Part shown: positions 8,990 through 17,576 of the stretch, one piece after another | How the letters are laid out: the number at the start of each line of letters is the position of its first letter | How positions within the stretch are numbered: the first letter of the stretch is position 1 | Assembly (NCBI GenBank): GCA_016191395.1 | Contig: JACPOS010000025.1 | Coordinates: 81,158-145,157 of the forward strand | Source of the DNA: Chloroflexota bacterium | GTDB taxonomy: Bacteria > Chloroflexota > Limnocylindria > Limnocylindrales > CSP1-4 | Direction: 5' to 3' | Length of the DNA: 64,000 nt | Notes under the pieces: model-generated | The model's database searches: none | Told to the model about the DNA's origin: nothing | Seen by the model: only the letters and a program-made list of their open reading frames with translations | Made by a program: the position numbers and the translations under genes

Positions 8990-10347
8990 GCGAGCACCGC
9001 CTCGAGCTCGCGGGCGAAGGCCGCGATGTCGTCGCTGGTCGTGACCTCCGTCGTGCAGACCAGCAGGGCGTCCGCGACGCTCGGCTCGTCCGGAACTGCG
9101 TCCTCGATGACGAGACCGGCGAGCACACCGCGTGCCAGCAGGGTGTGGTGCACGGCGGCGGCGTTCGGAACCCGGATCGCGAACTCGTTGAGATATGCGC
9201 CGGGGTGCACGCGCTCGATGCCGATCGCCGCGAGCGCGGCCTCCAGCTCCGCGGCCCGCGACGCGCCATGGGCGGCCACGTCGCGGAGCCCATGTGGGCC
9301 GAGCGATGCGAGCCAGACGCTCGCGGCGAGGGCGAGCAGGGTCTGGTTCGTGCAGATGTTGCTCGCCGCCTTCTCGCGGCGGATGTGCTGCTCGCGCGCC
9401 TGGAGCGTCATGACGTACGCCCGCTTCCCGTCCACGTCCGTCGTCATCCCGACGAGGCGTCCCGGGATCTGGCGGACCAGCGGCTCGGTGCACGCGAGGA
9501 TGCCGAGGTACGGGCCGCCGTACTGCGCCGGGATGCCGAGCGCCTGGCCCTCGCCGGCGGCGATGTCCGCCCCGTAGGCACCGGGCGGTGCCAGTACGGC
9601 CAGGGACACCGGCTCCACGACGGCGACGAACAGGGCGCCTGCCGCGTGGGCGCGCGAGCCGGCTTCCGCCATCGGCTCCAGGAGCCCGTAGAACGACGGC
9701 TGCGCGAGGATCACGCCGGCGGTGGGGTGATCGGCATCTGCCAGGAGCCGGTCGAGCGCCGCGAGATCGGTCGTGCCGGCAAGCGGGCCGTCGGCGACGA
9801 GCGGGATGTCCTCGAGGTCCAGGCCTGCACCGTCGACGTACGTCCGCACGACCGCGCGGTAGTGCGGATGCACCGCGCGGCTCACGAGGACCCGGCGGCG
9901 CCCGGTTGCTCGACACGTCATGAGCGCCGCCTCGGCCGTCGCGGCGGCGCCGTCGTAGTGCGACGCGGACACGATGTCGAGCCCCGTGAGCTCGGCCATC
10001 AGGGATTCGTACTCGTAGATGCTCTGGAGCGTGCCCTGGCTGACCTCAGGCTGGTACGGGGTGTATGCCGTGTACCACTCGCCGCGCAGGAGGATCTGGT
10101 CCACGAGGGGCGGCGAGAAGTGGCGGTATGCGCCGGCGCCGAGGAACGACGCGAGGTCGACGCGGTTGCGGCCGGCCATGTGCGCGAGCCGGCCCATGAG
10201 CAGCTGCTCGGGCTCGGGCGGGTCGAGGCGCAGGGGCGTCGAGCGCAGCGCGGGCGGGATGTCTGCGAACAGCTCGTCCGCGCTCTGCATGCCGAGCGCA
10301 GTGAGCATCCGCCGGCGGTCGGCCGGCGTGTGCGGGCCGTAGGCCAA
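8986..10347 (-). CDS. gcvPA: Glycine dehydrogenase (decarboxylating) subunit 1
   Basis: 453 aa. N-terminus MAYGPHTPADRRRMLTALGMQSADELFADIP and a body typical of the split P-protein alpha subunit. Sits in gcvT-H-PA-PB order. Confidence 0.9.
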   Translation of the reverse strand: MAYGPHTPADRRRMLTALGMQSADELFADIPPALRSTPLRLDPPEPEQLLMGRLAHMAGRNRVDLASFLGAGAYRHFSPPLVDQILLRGEWYTAYTPYQPEVSQGTLQSIYEYESLMAELTGLDIVSASHYDGAAATAEAALMTCRATGRRRVLVSRAVHPHYRAVVRTYVDGAGLDLEDIPLVADGPLAGTTDLAALDRLLADADHPTAGVILAQPSFYGLLEPMAEAGSRAHAAGALFVAVVEPVSLAVLAPPGAYGADIAAGEGQALGIPAQYGGPYLGILACTEPLVRQIPGRLVGMTTDVDGKRAYVMTLQAREQHIRREKAASNICTNQTLLALAASVWLASLGPHGLRDVAAHGASRAAELEAALAAIGIERVHPGAYLNEFAIRVPNAAAVHHTLLARGVLAGLVIEDAVPDEPSVADALLVCTTEVTTSDDIAAFARELEAVLA

Positions 10348-10353
10348 GGTCGG

Positions 10354-10734
10354 TCAGGCCTCCGAGGTGAGGCGCTCGTACGCCGCGGCGTCGAGCAGGC
10401 CATCGACCTGGGCGGCGTCCGACACGCGAACGCGGATCATCCAGCCACCGCCGAACGGGTCGCTGTTGACCAGCTCCGGCGCACCCCCGAGGTCGCCGTT
10501 GACCTCGACGACCTCGCCCGAGAGCGGCGCGTACAGGTCGCTCACGGCCTTCACCGATTCCACGACGCCGAACGTCGCGAACTGGTCGACGCTCTTCCCG
10601 ACCGATGGCAGGTCGACGAACACGACGTCGCCGAGCTGGTTCGCCGCGAAGTCGGTGACACCGATCGTGGCGGTGTCGCCATCGACCCGGACCCACTCGT
10701 GATCCTTCGTGTAGCGCAGGTCCGCGGGGACCAT
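10354..10734 (-). CDS. gcvH: Glycine cleavage system H protein
   Basis: Real start is MVPADLRYTKDHEWV (ATG at 10734), preceded by a GGAGG that follows the gcvT stop. The lipoyl-lysine motif VESVKAVSD is present. Confidence 0.9.
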   Translation of the reverse strand: MVPADLRYTKDHEWVRVDGDTATIGVTDFAANQLGDVVFVDLPSVGKSVDQFATFGVVESVKAVSDLYAPLSGEVVEVNGDLGGAPELVNSDPFGGGWMIRVRVSDAAQVDGLLDAAAYERLTSEA

Positions 10735-10747
10735 TCGGGCATGCCTC

Positions 10748-11860
10748 CTACGTGGCTGGGGTGGCTCTCTTGTAGAAGGGCAGCGGCACGACCTCCGCGG
10801 AGACCGGCTGCTCGCGAACCTCGACGGCCAGTATCGTACCCGGCTCGGCATCGCCCGGCGCGACGTACGCCATCGCGATGGGCCGCCCGAGGGTCGGCGA
10901 ATGCGTCCCGCTGGTCACGATGCCCGTGCGCCGCTCCCCGGCCAGCACGGGGTAGCCGTGGCGCGCGATGCCCCGACCCGTGATCGTCAGTCCAACGAGC
11001 CTCTTGGCGGGACCGTCGCGAGCGACGCGCGCGAGCGCCTCGCGCCCGACGAAGTCGCCGGGCTTCTCCAGCTTGACCACGCGGCCGAGGCCGGCGTCGA
11101 ACGGGTTCGTCGCGCGGTCCAGCTCGTTGCCGTACAGCGGCATGCCCGCCTCCAGGCGGAGGGTGTCACGGGCGCCGAGGCCGCAGGCGATCACGTTCGC
11201 GGACTTGCCTGCCTCCGCGAGGGCGGTCCAGATCTCCGGGCCACGGGCCCAGTCGACGAACACCTCGAAGCCGTCCTCGCCCGTGTAGCCGGTCCGTGCG
11301 ACGAGGGCCGGGATCCCTGCCACGTGCCCCTCGGCGATGGCGTAGTAGCGGAGGCCCGCGAGGTCCACGTCCGTGAGGGGCCCAAGGACGCCCGCGGCCG
11401 CCGGCCCCTGAATCGCGACGAGCGACGTCGCCAGCGACCGATCGTCGAGGACCGCTCGCCAGCCGGCGAGACGCCGCGCGAGCTCCTCCGAGACGACGGG
11501 AGCGTTGCTGGCGTTCGCGACGACGAGGAACCGCTCCGGCCCCAGCCGGTACACGATCAGGTCGTCGATGACGCCACCATCCGGGGCGCAGATCATGGAG
11601 TACTGGGCCCGACCGACGGCCAGGGTGCGCGGGTCGGTGATGAGCGCAGCGGCGAGCGCGTCGCCGGCGTCGTCGCCCTCCACGAACAGCTCGCCCATGT
11701 GCGAGAGGTCGAACAGCCCCGCGCGCTCCCGGACGGCACGGTGCTCCTCGAGGATGCTCGTGTACTGGACGGGCATCTGCCAGCCACCGAAGTCGATCAG
11801 GCGGGCACCGAGGGCGCGGTGGATGTCGATCAGCGCGGTGTCGTGCAGGATCTCGCTCAT
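10748..11860 (-). CDS. gcvT: Aminomethyltransferase (glycine cleavage T protein)
   Basis: 370 aa. GGWQMPVQY and LFDLSHMG motifs. ATGA overlap with the upstream NUDIX gene. Confidence 0.92.
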   Translation of the reverse strand: MSEILHDTALIDIHRALGARLIDFGGWQMPVQYTSILEEHRAVRERAGLFDLSHMGELFVEGDDAGDALAAALITDPRTLAVGRAQYSMICAPDGGVIDDLIVYRLGPERFLVVANASNAPVVSEELARRLAGWRAVLDDRSLATSLVAIQGPAAAGVLGPLTDVDLAGLRYYAIAEGHVAGIPALVARTGYTGEDGFEVFVDWARGPEIWTALAEAGKSANVIACGLGARDTLRLEAGMPLYGNELDRATNPFDAGLGRVVKLEKPGDFVGREALARVARDGPAKRLVGLTITGRGIARHGYPVLAGERRTGIVTSGTHSPTLGRPIAMAYVAPGDAEPGTILAVEVREQPVSAEVVPLPFYKRATPAT

Positions 11861-12318
11861 ATCGATGCCCCTGCGCGAGCGGTCGCCTGGAGGCGCTCGG
11901 CGGCATCGGCGACGAGCTCGCGCTCCGTGGCGAAGCTCAGCAGCGACCCGGCCTCGTCGAACGGCACCCAGCGCACGCGCTCGAACTCGGCATCGTGGCG
12001 GGAGAGGTCGCCGCCGGTCGGCTCCATCAGGTAGTAGTGGACGGTCTTGTGGATCCGCGTCCCATCCTGCACGAAGTCGTACTCGATGGACCGGAGCGGC
12101 TCCACGATGCGAACCTCCAGCCCGGTCTCCTCCCCGACCTCGCGCAAGGCGGTCTCCTCGAGCGTCTCGCCCGGGTCAGGGGTGCCCTTTGGCAGTGTCC
12201 ACGTCACGGAATCGCGGGCGCGGCGGCGCATGCCGACGACGAGCGATGCTCGAGTGCCTTCCGCGCTGACGACGACGCCGCCGGCTGAAGTCGCGAGCGC
12301 GGCCCTCAGGCGCGCCAC
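11857..12318 (-). CDS. NUDIX hydrolase
   Basis: NUDIX box GTPDPGETLEETALREVGEETGL. GTG start at 12318, which is uncertain. Stop overlaps the gcvT start. Confidence 0.8.
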   Translation of the reverse strand: MARLRAALATSAGGVVVSAEGTRASLVVGMRRRARDSVTWTLPKGTPDPGETLEETALREVGEETGLEVRIVEPLRSIEYDFVQDGTRIHKTVHYYLMEPTGGDLSRHDAEFERVRWVPFDEAGSLLSFATERELVADAAERLQATARAGASI

Positions 12319-12638
12319 GGCGCCGCGTGGGCGCTCGGGTGGCGCGAGGCCAGGGACCGTCCCCAGGTCAGCGTGAACGCCGGCCGAAGGCGCCCGTCCG
12401 CGTGGCGGACCGGTCGCGTGGCGGCGATGGAGCGTGCGTCGCGGCGGAGATGGGCCAGCGGCGATGGCTGGTCACGCAGGAGCACGGTCAGGCGCGTGGT
12501 CGCCGGGCTGAATGCGCGCCCCGCACCCAGGCCGAGGCGGCGCTGGCGATTCCCGCTGGATGCCCGCGGGAAGCTCGCCGCCGGACGGGTCGCGTAGCGG
12601 GCCGTGATGCTGTGCTCCATCGGGGTCATGGTAGCGCG

Positions 12639-13592
12639 TCAAACCGGCATCGCAAGCAAACGGCGCATCGATTCGGCAGCAGCCGGGGCCAGCGAGCCAC
12701 GCGATTCCGCGAGCGCGATCTCCCGCTCGGCGGCAGCCCGGTAGAGGGGCAGCGCGGCGGGTGCGAGCCGCGCGAGCGCCTCCAGGTGCCGTGCGAGCGT
12801 CCCGACGTCGCCGCGGGTCATCGGCCCGGTCAAAGCCGCACGGATGCCGAGCGCCCTGGCATTGCCGAGCGTCTGCTCGATCAGGCCCCCGTAGACGGCG
12901 AGAGAGCCCTGCTCGTCCAAGCCGGCCGCCGCACCCAGCTCGGCGATCGCGTCCAGCAGGGCGACGAAGCCACCGGCCGCGAGCACCGCCGCCGCGTGGT
13001 AGGCCGCCTTGCTGCCGGGTGCGAGCCGGACCGCGGTCGCCCCGAGCGCCTCGGCCATGTCCGCGAGGTGCGTGATCAGCTGGTCGTCGCCCTCGACGGC
13101 GATCGTCGCGCCGTGGAAGGCCGCGATCGCGCGCTCCGTGTCCGCGAAGGCGACAAGCGGGTGAAACGCACCGATCTGCGTCCCGGCCGCCCGTGCCGGC
13201 TCGAGGACCTCGGCGCCAAGGACCCCCGAGGTATGCACGAGTGCCTGCCCGCCATACAGGCGCAGCTCGCCGGCCAGCCGCTCGATCGCGTCGTCCGGCA
13301 CGGCCAGGATGATCAGCTCGGCCTCGTCGAGGATCGCGGGGGCCTCGGCAAAGCCGCGCGCGCCCGGCACCAGGCTCCGGAATCGCTCCCGGCGGGCGGC
13401 ATTACGCGATGCCACCGCGACCACCGGCCAGCCCGCCCGATGGAGTGCCGCGCCGAGGGCGGTCCCGACCGCGCCGGCGCCCACGATGCCGATGAGCGGC
13501 GCCTCGCCGGGCTCCGAGCGCCGATGCGGGTGCGCGTGCGGGTGATCGGCGTGGCCTTCGTGGTCGTGCGGCGACTCGGGGTACGATTCCAC
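12639..13592 (-). CDS. Rossmann-fold NAD(P)-binding protein with a DUF2520-type C-terminal domain; His-rich N-terminus
   Basis: Dinucleotide-binding motif IGIVGAGAVGTALG. The Ala/Leu-rich C-terminal half resembles DUF2520 proteins (of the kind found next to pan genes in actinobacteria, from memory). N-terminal HDHEGHADHPHAHPH. Confidence 0.75.
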   Translation of the reverse strand: MESYPESPHDHEGHADHPHAHPHRRSEPGEAPLIGIVGAGAVGTALGAALHRAGWPVVAVASRNAARRERFRSLVPGARGFAEAPAILDEAELIILAVPDDAIERLAGELRLYGGQALVHTSGVLGAEVLEPARAAGTQIGAFHPLVAFADTERAIAAFHGATIAVEGDDQLITHLADMAEALGATAVRLAPGSKAAYHAAAVLAAGGFVALLDAIAELGAAAGLDEQGSLAVYGGLIEQTLGNARALGIRAALTGPMTRGDVGTLARHLEALARLAPAALPLYRAAAEREIALAESRGSLAPAAAESMRRLLAMPV

Positions 13593-13626
13593 GTGTCGAG
13601 TCTATCCAGCGCCGAGGTTCGCGAGC

Positions 13627-16338
13627 GTGCCACGCCCTGACCCATTCGGAGCCCGTGCCTCGCTCGGAGCGGGGCTGCCGGACTACTGGCGCCTCTCGGC
13701 GCTCGCCGGCCTGATCGACGTCGAGCACGCGCCCGTCACGGTCAAGATCCTGCTCGAGAATGCCCTGCGCAACGCCGGAGGCGGCGTCGTGACCACCCGC
13801 GACGTGGAGACCCTCGCCTCGTGGCGGCCCGGGTCCACCACCGAGGCGGAGATCCCGTTCATGCCCTCGCGCGTCCTGCTCCAGGACTTCACCGGGGTGC
13901 CCGCGATCGTGGACCTCGCGGCGATGCGTGACGCCATGGCGGAGCTCGGCGGCGATCCCGCGCGCGTGAATCCCCTTGTTCCCGCGGACCTCGTCATCGA
14001 CCACTCGGTCCAGGTGGACCAGTTCGGGACCGCCGGGGCGTTCGCGTTCAACGTCGCGCGCGAGTACGAGCGCAACGGCGAGCGCTACCAGCTCCTTCGC
14101 TGGGCGCAGACGGCCTTCCGCGACCTGCGTGTCGTCCCGCCCGGCACGGGCATCGTCCACCAGGTCAACCTGGAGTACCTCGCGTCGGTCGTCACGGACC
14201 GCGAGCTCGACGGCACGCGGGTCGCCTTCCCGGACACGGTCGTCGGGACGGACTCGCACACCACGATGATCAACGGCCTCGGCGTGCTCGCGTGGGGCGT
14301 GGGCGGCATCGAGGCGGAGGCGGCGTTGCTGGGCCAGCCGATCTACATGCCCATGCCCCGCGTCGTCGGGGTGCGGCTCTCTGGCGAGCTGCCTCGCGGC
14401 TCCACCGCCACGGACCTCGTGCTCGTCGTGACCCAGATGCTGCGCGGCTTCGGGGTCGTGGGCGCGTTCGTCGAGTTCACGGGCGACGGCCTCGCCAGCC
14501 TCGGCCTCGCCGATCGCGCGACGATCGCCAACATGAGCCCGGAGTTCGGTGCCACGTCCACCTTGTTCCCGATCGACGAGGAGACGATCGCGTACCTGCG
14601 CCTGACCGGCCGGCCGCGGGAGCGCGTCGCGCTCGTCGAGGCGTACGCGCGGGCGCAGGGCATGTGGCGCCTGCCGGGTGCGGTGCCGGCGTTCGACGAG
14701 CTGCTGACCCTCGACCTCGCCAGTGTGGAGCCGTCGGTCGCGGGTCCGCGCAGGCCGCAGGATCGGGTGCCGCTCACGGGCCTGCGCGAGAACTTCCACG
14801 CGGCCTTTCCCGCGGGGCTGACCGTCGCGGCGGGCGCAGTCGGCAGTGGCTATGCCGCCGTCCCGGTCGAGGTCGGTGGCGAGCGGGTGGAGATCGCGAC
14901 GGGCTCGGTGGCGATCGCGGCCATCACCTCGTGCACGAACACCTCCAACCCGACGGTGATGGTCGGCGCCGCGCTGCTCGCGCGAAACGCGATCCGCCGC
15001 GGGCTGCGGGTCCCACCGACCGTCAAGACCTCGCTCGCGCCGGGCTCCAAGGCGGTCACTTCGTACCTCGCGAAGGCCGGCCTCATGGAGCCCCTCGAGA
15101 CGCTCGGCTTCGCGCTGGCCGGCTACGGCTGCACGACGTGCATCGGCAACTCCGGCCCGCTCGACGAGCCGGTCGCGCAGGCGATCGAGGTGAACGAGCT
15201 CGTCGCCGCCGCCGTCCTCTCCGGCAACCGGAACTTCGAGGGCCGGATCCATCCGCTCGCGCGCGCGAGCTACCTCGCGTCGCCTCCGCTCGTGGTGGCG
15301 TTCGCCCTGGCCGGGCGCGTGGACATCGACCTCACGACGGAGCCGCTCGGGATCGACGACGACGGCAGGCCGGTGTTCCTCGCCGACGTCTGGCCCTCGC
15401 CGGACGAGATCCGCTCGGTCATCCACGACGCGATCGACCCGGCGCTGTTCCAGGCGACCTACGCCAGCGTCTTCGAGGGCGACGATCGCTGGCGCGCGCT
15501 GCCGATCCCCGACGGCGACCGGTACGACTGGGATCCTCGCTCCACGTACGTCGCGCGACCGCCGTACTTCGACGGCATGTCCATGGCGCTGCCGCCCGGG
15601 TCGGACATCGTCGACGCGCGCTCGCTTGCGATCCTGGGCGACTCGGTGACGACCGATCACATCTCGCCCGCCGGCTCCATCGCGCCGTGGTCCCCCGCCG
15701 GCGAGTGGCTCCAGGAGCGCAACGTCAGCCCGCTGGAGTTCAACTCGTACGGCGCGCGGCGCGGCCACCACGAGGTCCTCGTTCGCGGGACGTTCGGCAA
15801 CATCCGCCTCCGCAACGCACTCGCGGGTGACCGCGAGGGCCCGTATGGCGTCCACCTGCCGAGCGGCGAGGCCGGCTTCATCTACGACATCGCGAGCCGC
15901 TACCGCCGCGAGGGCGTGCCGCTGATCGTTGTGGCGGGCCGGGAGTACGGCTCCGGCTCGTCCCGCGACTGGGCGGCCAAGGGCCCGCTCCTCCTCGGAG
16001 TGCGGGCGGTGATCGCGGAGTCCTTCGAGCGCATCCACCGCACGAACCTCGTGGGCATGGGCATCCTGCCGCTGCAGTTCCTCCCGGGCGAGAACCTCGC
16101 CGCCCTTGGCCTGACCGGGCGCGAGTCGTTCACGATCCGGGGGGTCGCCGAGGGTCTCGTGGCCCGCTCGCGCCTGCAGGTGGTGGCCCGCGCCGACGAC
16201 GGAACCACGCTGGCCTTCGACGTCATCTGCCGCATCGACGGCCCCATCGAGCTGGACTACTACCGCAACGGTGGCATCCTGCCCGCGGTCCTGCGCCGGC
16301 TCGCCCGCGAGGGTGCCGCGGAGGCCGCGGGCAGCTAG
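13627..16338 (+). CDS. acnA: Aconitate hydratase A
   Basis: 903 aa with a GTG start. Fe-S ligand contexts ITSCTNTSNP and GYGCTTCIGNSG. Characteristic NSYGARRGHHEV and SSRDWAAKG motifs. Confidence 0.95.
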   Translation: MPRPDPFGARASLGAGLPDYWRLSALAGLIDVEHAPVTVKILLENALRNAGGGVVTTRDVETLASWRPGSTTEAEIPFMPSRVLLQDFTGVPAIVDLAAMRDAMAELGGDPARVNPLVPADLVIDHSVQVDQFGTAGAFAFNVAREYERNGERYQLLRWAQTAFRDLRVVPPGTGIVHQVNLEYLASVVTDRELDGTRVAFPDTVVGTDSHTTMINGLGVLAWGVGGIEAEAALLGQPIYMPMPRVVGVRLSGELPRGSTATDLVLVVTQMLRGFGVVGAFVEFTGDGLASLGLADRATIANMSPEFGATSTLFPIDEETIAYLRLTGRPRERVALVEAYARAQGMWRLPGAVPAFDELLTLDLASVEPSVAGPRRPQDRVPLTGLRENFHAAFPAGLTVAAGAVGSGYAAVPVEVGGERVEIATGSVAIAAITSCTNTSNPTVMVGAALLARNAIRRGLRVPPTVKTSLAPGSKAVTSYLAKAGLMEPLETLGFALAGYGCTTCIGNSGPLDEPVAQAIEVNELVAAAVLSGNRNFEGRIHPLARASYLASPPLVVAFALAGRVDIDLTTEPLGIDDDGRPVFLADVWPSPDEIRSVIHDAIDPALFQATYASVFEGDDRWRALPIPDGDRYDWDPRSTYVARPPYFDGMSMALPPGSDIVDARSLAILGDSVTTDHISPAGSIAPWSPAGEWLQERNVSPLEFNSYGARRGHHEVLVRGTFGNIRLRNALAGDREGPYGVHLPSGEAGFIYDIASRYRREGVPLIVVAGREYGSGSSRDWAAKGPLLLGVRAVIAESFERIHRTNLVGMGILPLQFLPGENLAALGLTGRESFTIRGVAEGLVARSRLQVVARADDGTTLAFDVICRIDGPIELDYYRNGGILPAVLRRLAREGAAEAAGS

Positions 16339-16661
16339 GTCGCCTCCGACGCCTCCGGAAGCTCGCGCAGGCGCACGATCGGCGTCCCGATCAGCCAGAG
16401 CGCCCCGGCGAGCGACAGGAACGTCATCACGAAGAGCGTCTCGCGCACGCCCAGGGCCGCGCCAACGAGCCCGCCGATGACCGCCCCGACCGGCCGAACG
16501 CCGTTGTTCACGAACCCGAACGCACCCATGGCCCGACCGCGGATGCGATCAGGCGTCCGCGCGAAGAGCATCGCGCCGGCGTTGATGTCCAGGATCATCA
16601 CGCCGAACCCGGAGACGAACTCGGCGAGGAACGTGCCGCAGCGCGCCGCCGTGAACCGGTC
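16335..16661 (-). pseudogene. C-terminal remnant (~110 aa) of an MFS-type transporter
   Basis: Only the last few TM helices are present (FLAEFVSGFGVMILDINAGAMLFARTPDRIRGRAMGAFGFVNNGVRPVGAVIGGLVGAALG...). There is no matching N-terminal ~300 aa. Upstream, the ORF runs into antisense of another fragment. Confidence 0.5.
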
Positions 16662-16662
16662 A

Positions 16663-16842
16663 GGAATTCTTGGCGTCGTGCCGCGACGGGGTACGCCCGA
16701 GGAGCTCGTCCAACGGCTTGCGGTTCGGGGCTTCGTCACCTCGTCGCGCGGCGGCTACGTGCGTATCGCGCCGCATTACTTCATCACCGACGAGGAGATC
16801 GAGCGCCTGGCCCGAGTGATGAACGAACTCGGTTACGGCTAG
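16663..16842 (+). pseudogene. C-terminal remnant (~55 aa) of a class-V aminotransferase-fold PLP enzyme
   Basis: The tail ...GTPEELVQRLAVRGFVTSSRGGYVRIAPHYFITDEEIERLARVMNELGYG matches the conserved C-terminal xxRxSxHxYxTxEEIxxL pattern. No catalytic domain lies upstream. Confidence 0.4.
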
Positions 16843-16903
16843 TACGCGACCTACGAAGCGATGGCGACAACGCCGCGATGGCGGCCGATCACCGGACGAG
16901 TGA

Positions 16904-16979
16904 TGGTGGGCGATACTGGATTCGAACCAGTGACCCCGCGGATGTGAACCGCGTGCTCTAACCACTGAGCCAATCGCCC
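16904..16979 (-). tRNA. tRNA-Val (anticodon CAC), CCA end encoded
   Basis: Folded by hand as GGGCGAT-TG-GCTC-AGTGGTTA-GAGC-A-CGCGG-TTCACAT-CCGCG-GGGTC-ACTGG-TTCGAAT-CCAGT-ATCGCCC-A-CCA. All four stems are Watson-Crick paired. T-loop is TTCGAAT. Confidence 0.92.
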
Positions 16980-17016
16980 CGAGGGCCGCTCGCTCACGGG
17001 GAGCGACGGGCCGAGA

Positions 17017-17322
17017 TCATACATCGAGGCCCGGCCACCGAGACCGGAGCGTCGCCGCGTCGAGCCCGTCGACCTCGATCAGCTTGCGGCGATTCGACGC
17101 GCCGGTGACGAGGCGGACGCGGCTGGCGGCGAGATCCAGCGCGTCGGCGATGAGGCGGATCAGGGCGTCGTTGGCGGCGCCATCGACCGGCGGAGCGGAC
17201 ACCCGCGCCCTGAGCACCCCGTCGAGGACGCCCTCGATGCGGTCGGCACCCCCGCGCGGCACGAGCCCCACCGCGAACCTGATGGAGGCCGACGCCGGGA
17301 CGTCGCCCGCGCGCCGGCTCAG
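17017..17322 (-). CDS. DUF167 (YggU-like) protein; start codon uncertain
   Basis: The C-terminal ~95 aa (IRFAVGLVPRGGADRIEGVLDGVLRARVSAPPVDGAANDALIRLIADALDL...RVRLVTGASNRRKLIEV) align with the YggU pattern. The 166-aa track ORF overlaps yggT out of frame. The only start-like codon near the yggT stop is CTG at 17322 (a CTGA overlap). Confidence 0.6.
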   Translation of the reverse strand: MSRRAGDVPASASIRFAVGLVPRGGADRIEGVLDGVLRARVSAPPVDGAANDALIRLIADALDLAASRVRLVTGASNRRKLIEVDGLDAATLRSRWPGLDV

Positions 17323-17567
17323 GCGACCGCGCGCATGAGCGCGCCAAGGACGAGCAGCACGATCAGCGGCGACAGGTCGAACATGCCCGTCTTCGGGAGC
17401 AGCCTGCGGACCGGCGCGAGCAGCGGCTCCGTGGTCTGGATCACGAACGCGGAGATCGGACCGCGGCCGGTCGGGTCGATCCACGAGAGGATCACCCGGG
17501 CGAGGATCAGGAGCCACAGCCCGACGACGAGGAAGCGGAGGAAGTTGGCCAGGAACGCGGCACCCAC
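17319..17567 (-). CDS. yggT: YggT family membrane protein
   Basis: 82 aa with two hydrophobic helices and the motif ILSWIDP...P. Sits in the conserved position after yggS, downstream of ftsZ. Confidence 0.8.
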   Translation of the reverse strand: MGAAFLANFLRFLVVGLWLLILARVILSWIDPTGRGPISAFVIQTTEPLLAPVRRLLPKTGMFDLSPLIVLLVLGALMRAVA

Positions 17568-17576
17568 GAGCCGAGT

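Noticed and set aside
7484-9916. Very long track ORFs 7484-9916, 26917-29763, 29474-32863, 44800-47610, 40844-42838 and 32814-33692 taken at face value
   Set aside because: Each is a real gene (gcvPB, murD, murF, sucD, sdhA, ftsL) with an in-frame, stop-free upstream extension that overlaps the preceding gene. Homolog-like N-termini and start/stop overlaps place the true starts internally.
12319-12638. Glycine riboswitch upstream of the gcv operon
   Set aside because: It was expected from context, but the conserved GGAGAG, ACCGAAGGGGCAA and CUCAGG cores are absent on the minus strand. A weak look-alike (GGCGGAGAT...ACGCAGGAGCAC...GGTCAGGC) is on the wrong (plus) strand. cmsearch is needed to be definitive.
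12536-12641. TGA at 12639-12641 as selenocysteine, with the 12536-12582 hairpin as SECIS
   Set aside because: The hairpin starts about 57 nt after the UGA, whereas bacterial SECIS elements sit immediately downstream. DUF2520 proteins are not known selenoproteins, and no sel genes are in view.
13402-16038. 878-aa ORF on the minus strand across the aconitase locus
   Set aside because: It is antisense to an unmistakable acnA. Its Arg/Gly/Asp/Ala-rich composition has no motifs and is a typical high-GC shadow ORF.
16335-17016. Integrated mobile element at tRNA-Val
   Set aside because: There is no integrase, transposase or duplicated tRNA 3' segment. Only two decayed gene fragments remain, so this is reported as a scar rather than a mobile element.
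17017-17517. Full 166-aa version of the DUF167 ORF
   Set aside because: Its first ~65 codons overlap yggT out of frame and are Arg/Pro/Asp-rich. Only the C-terminal ~100 aa match the DUF167 pattern.
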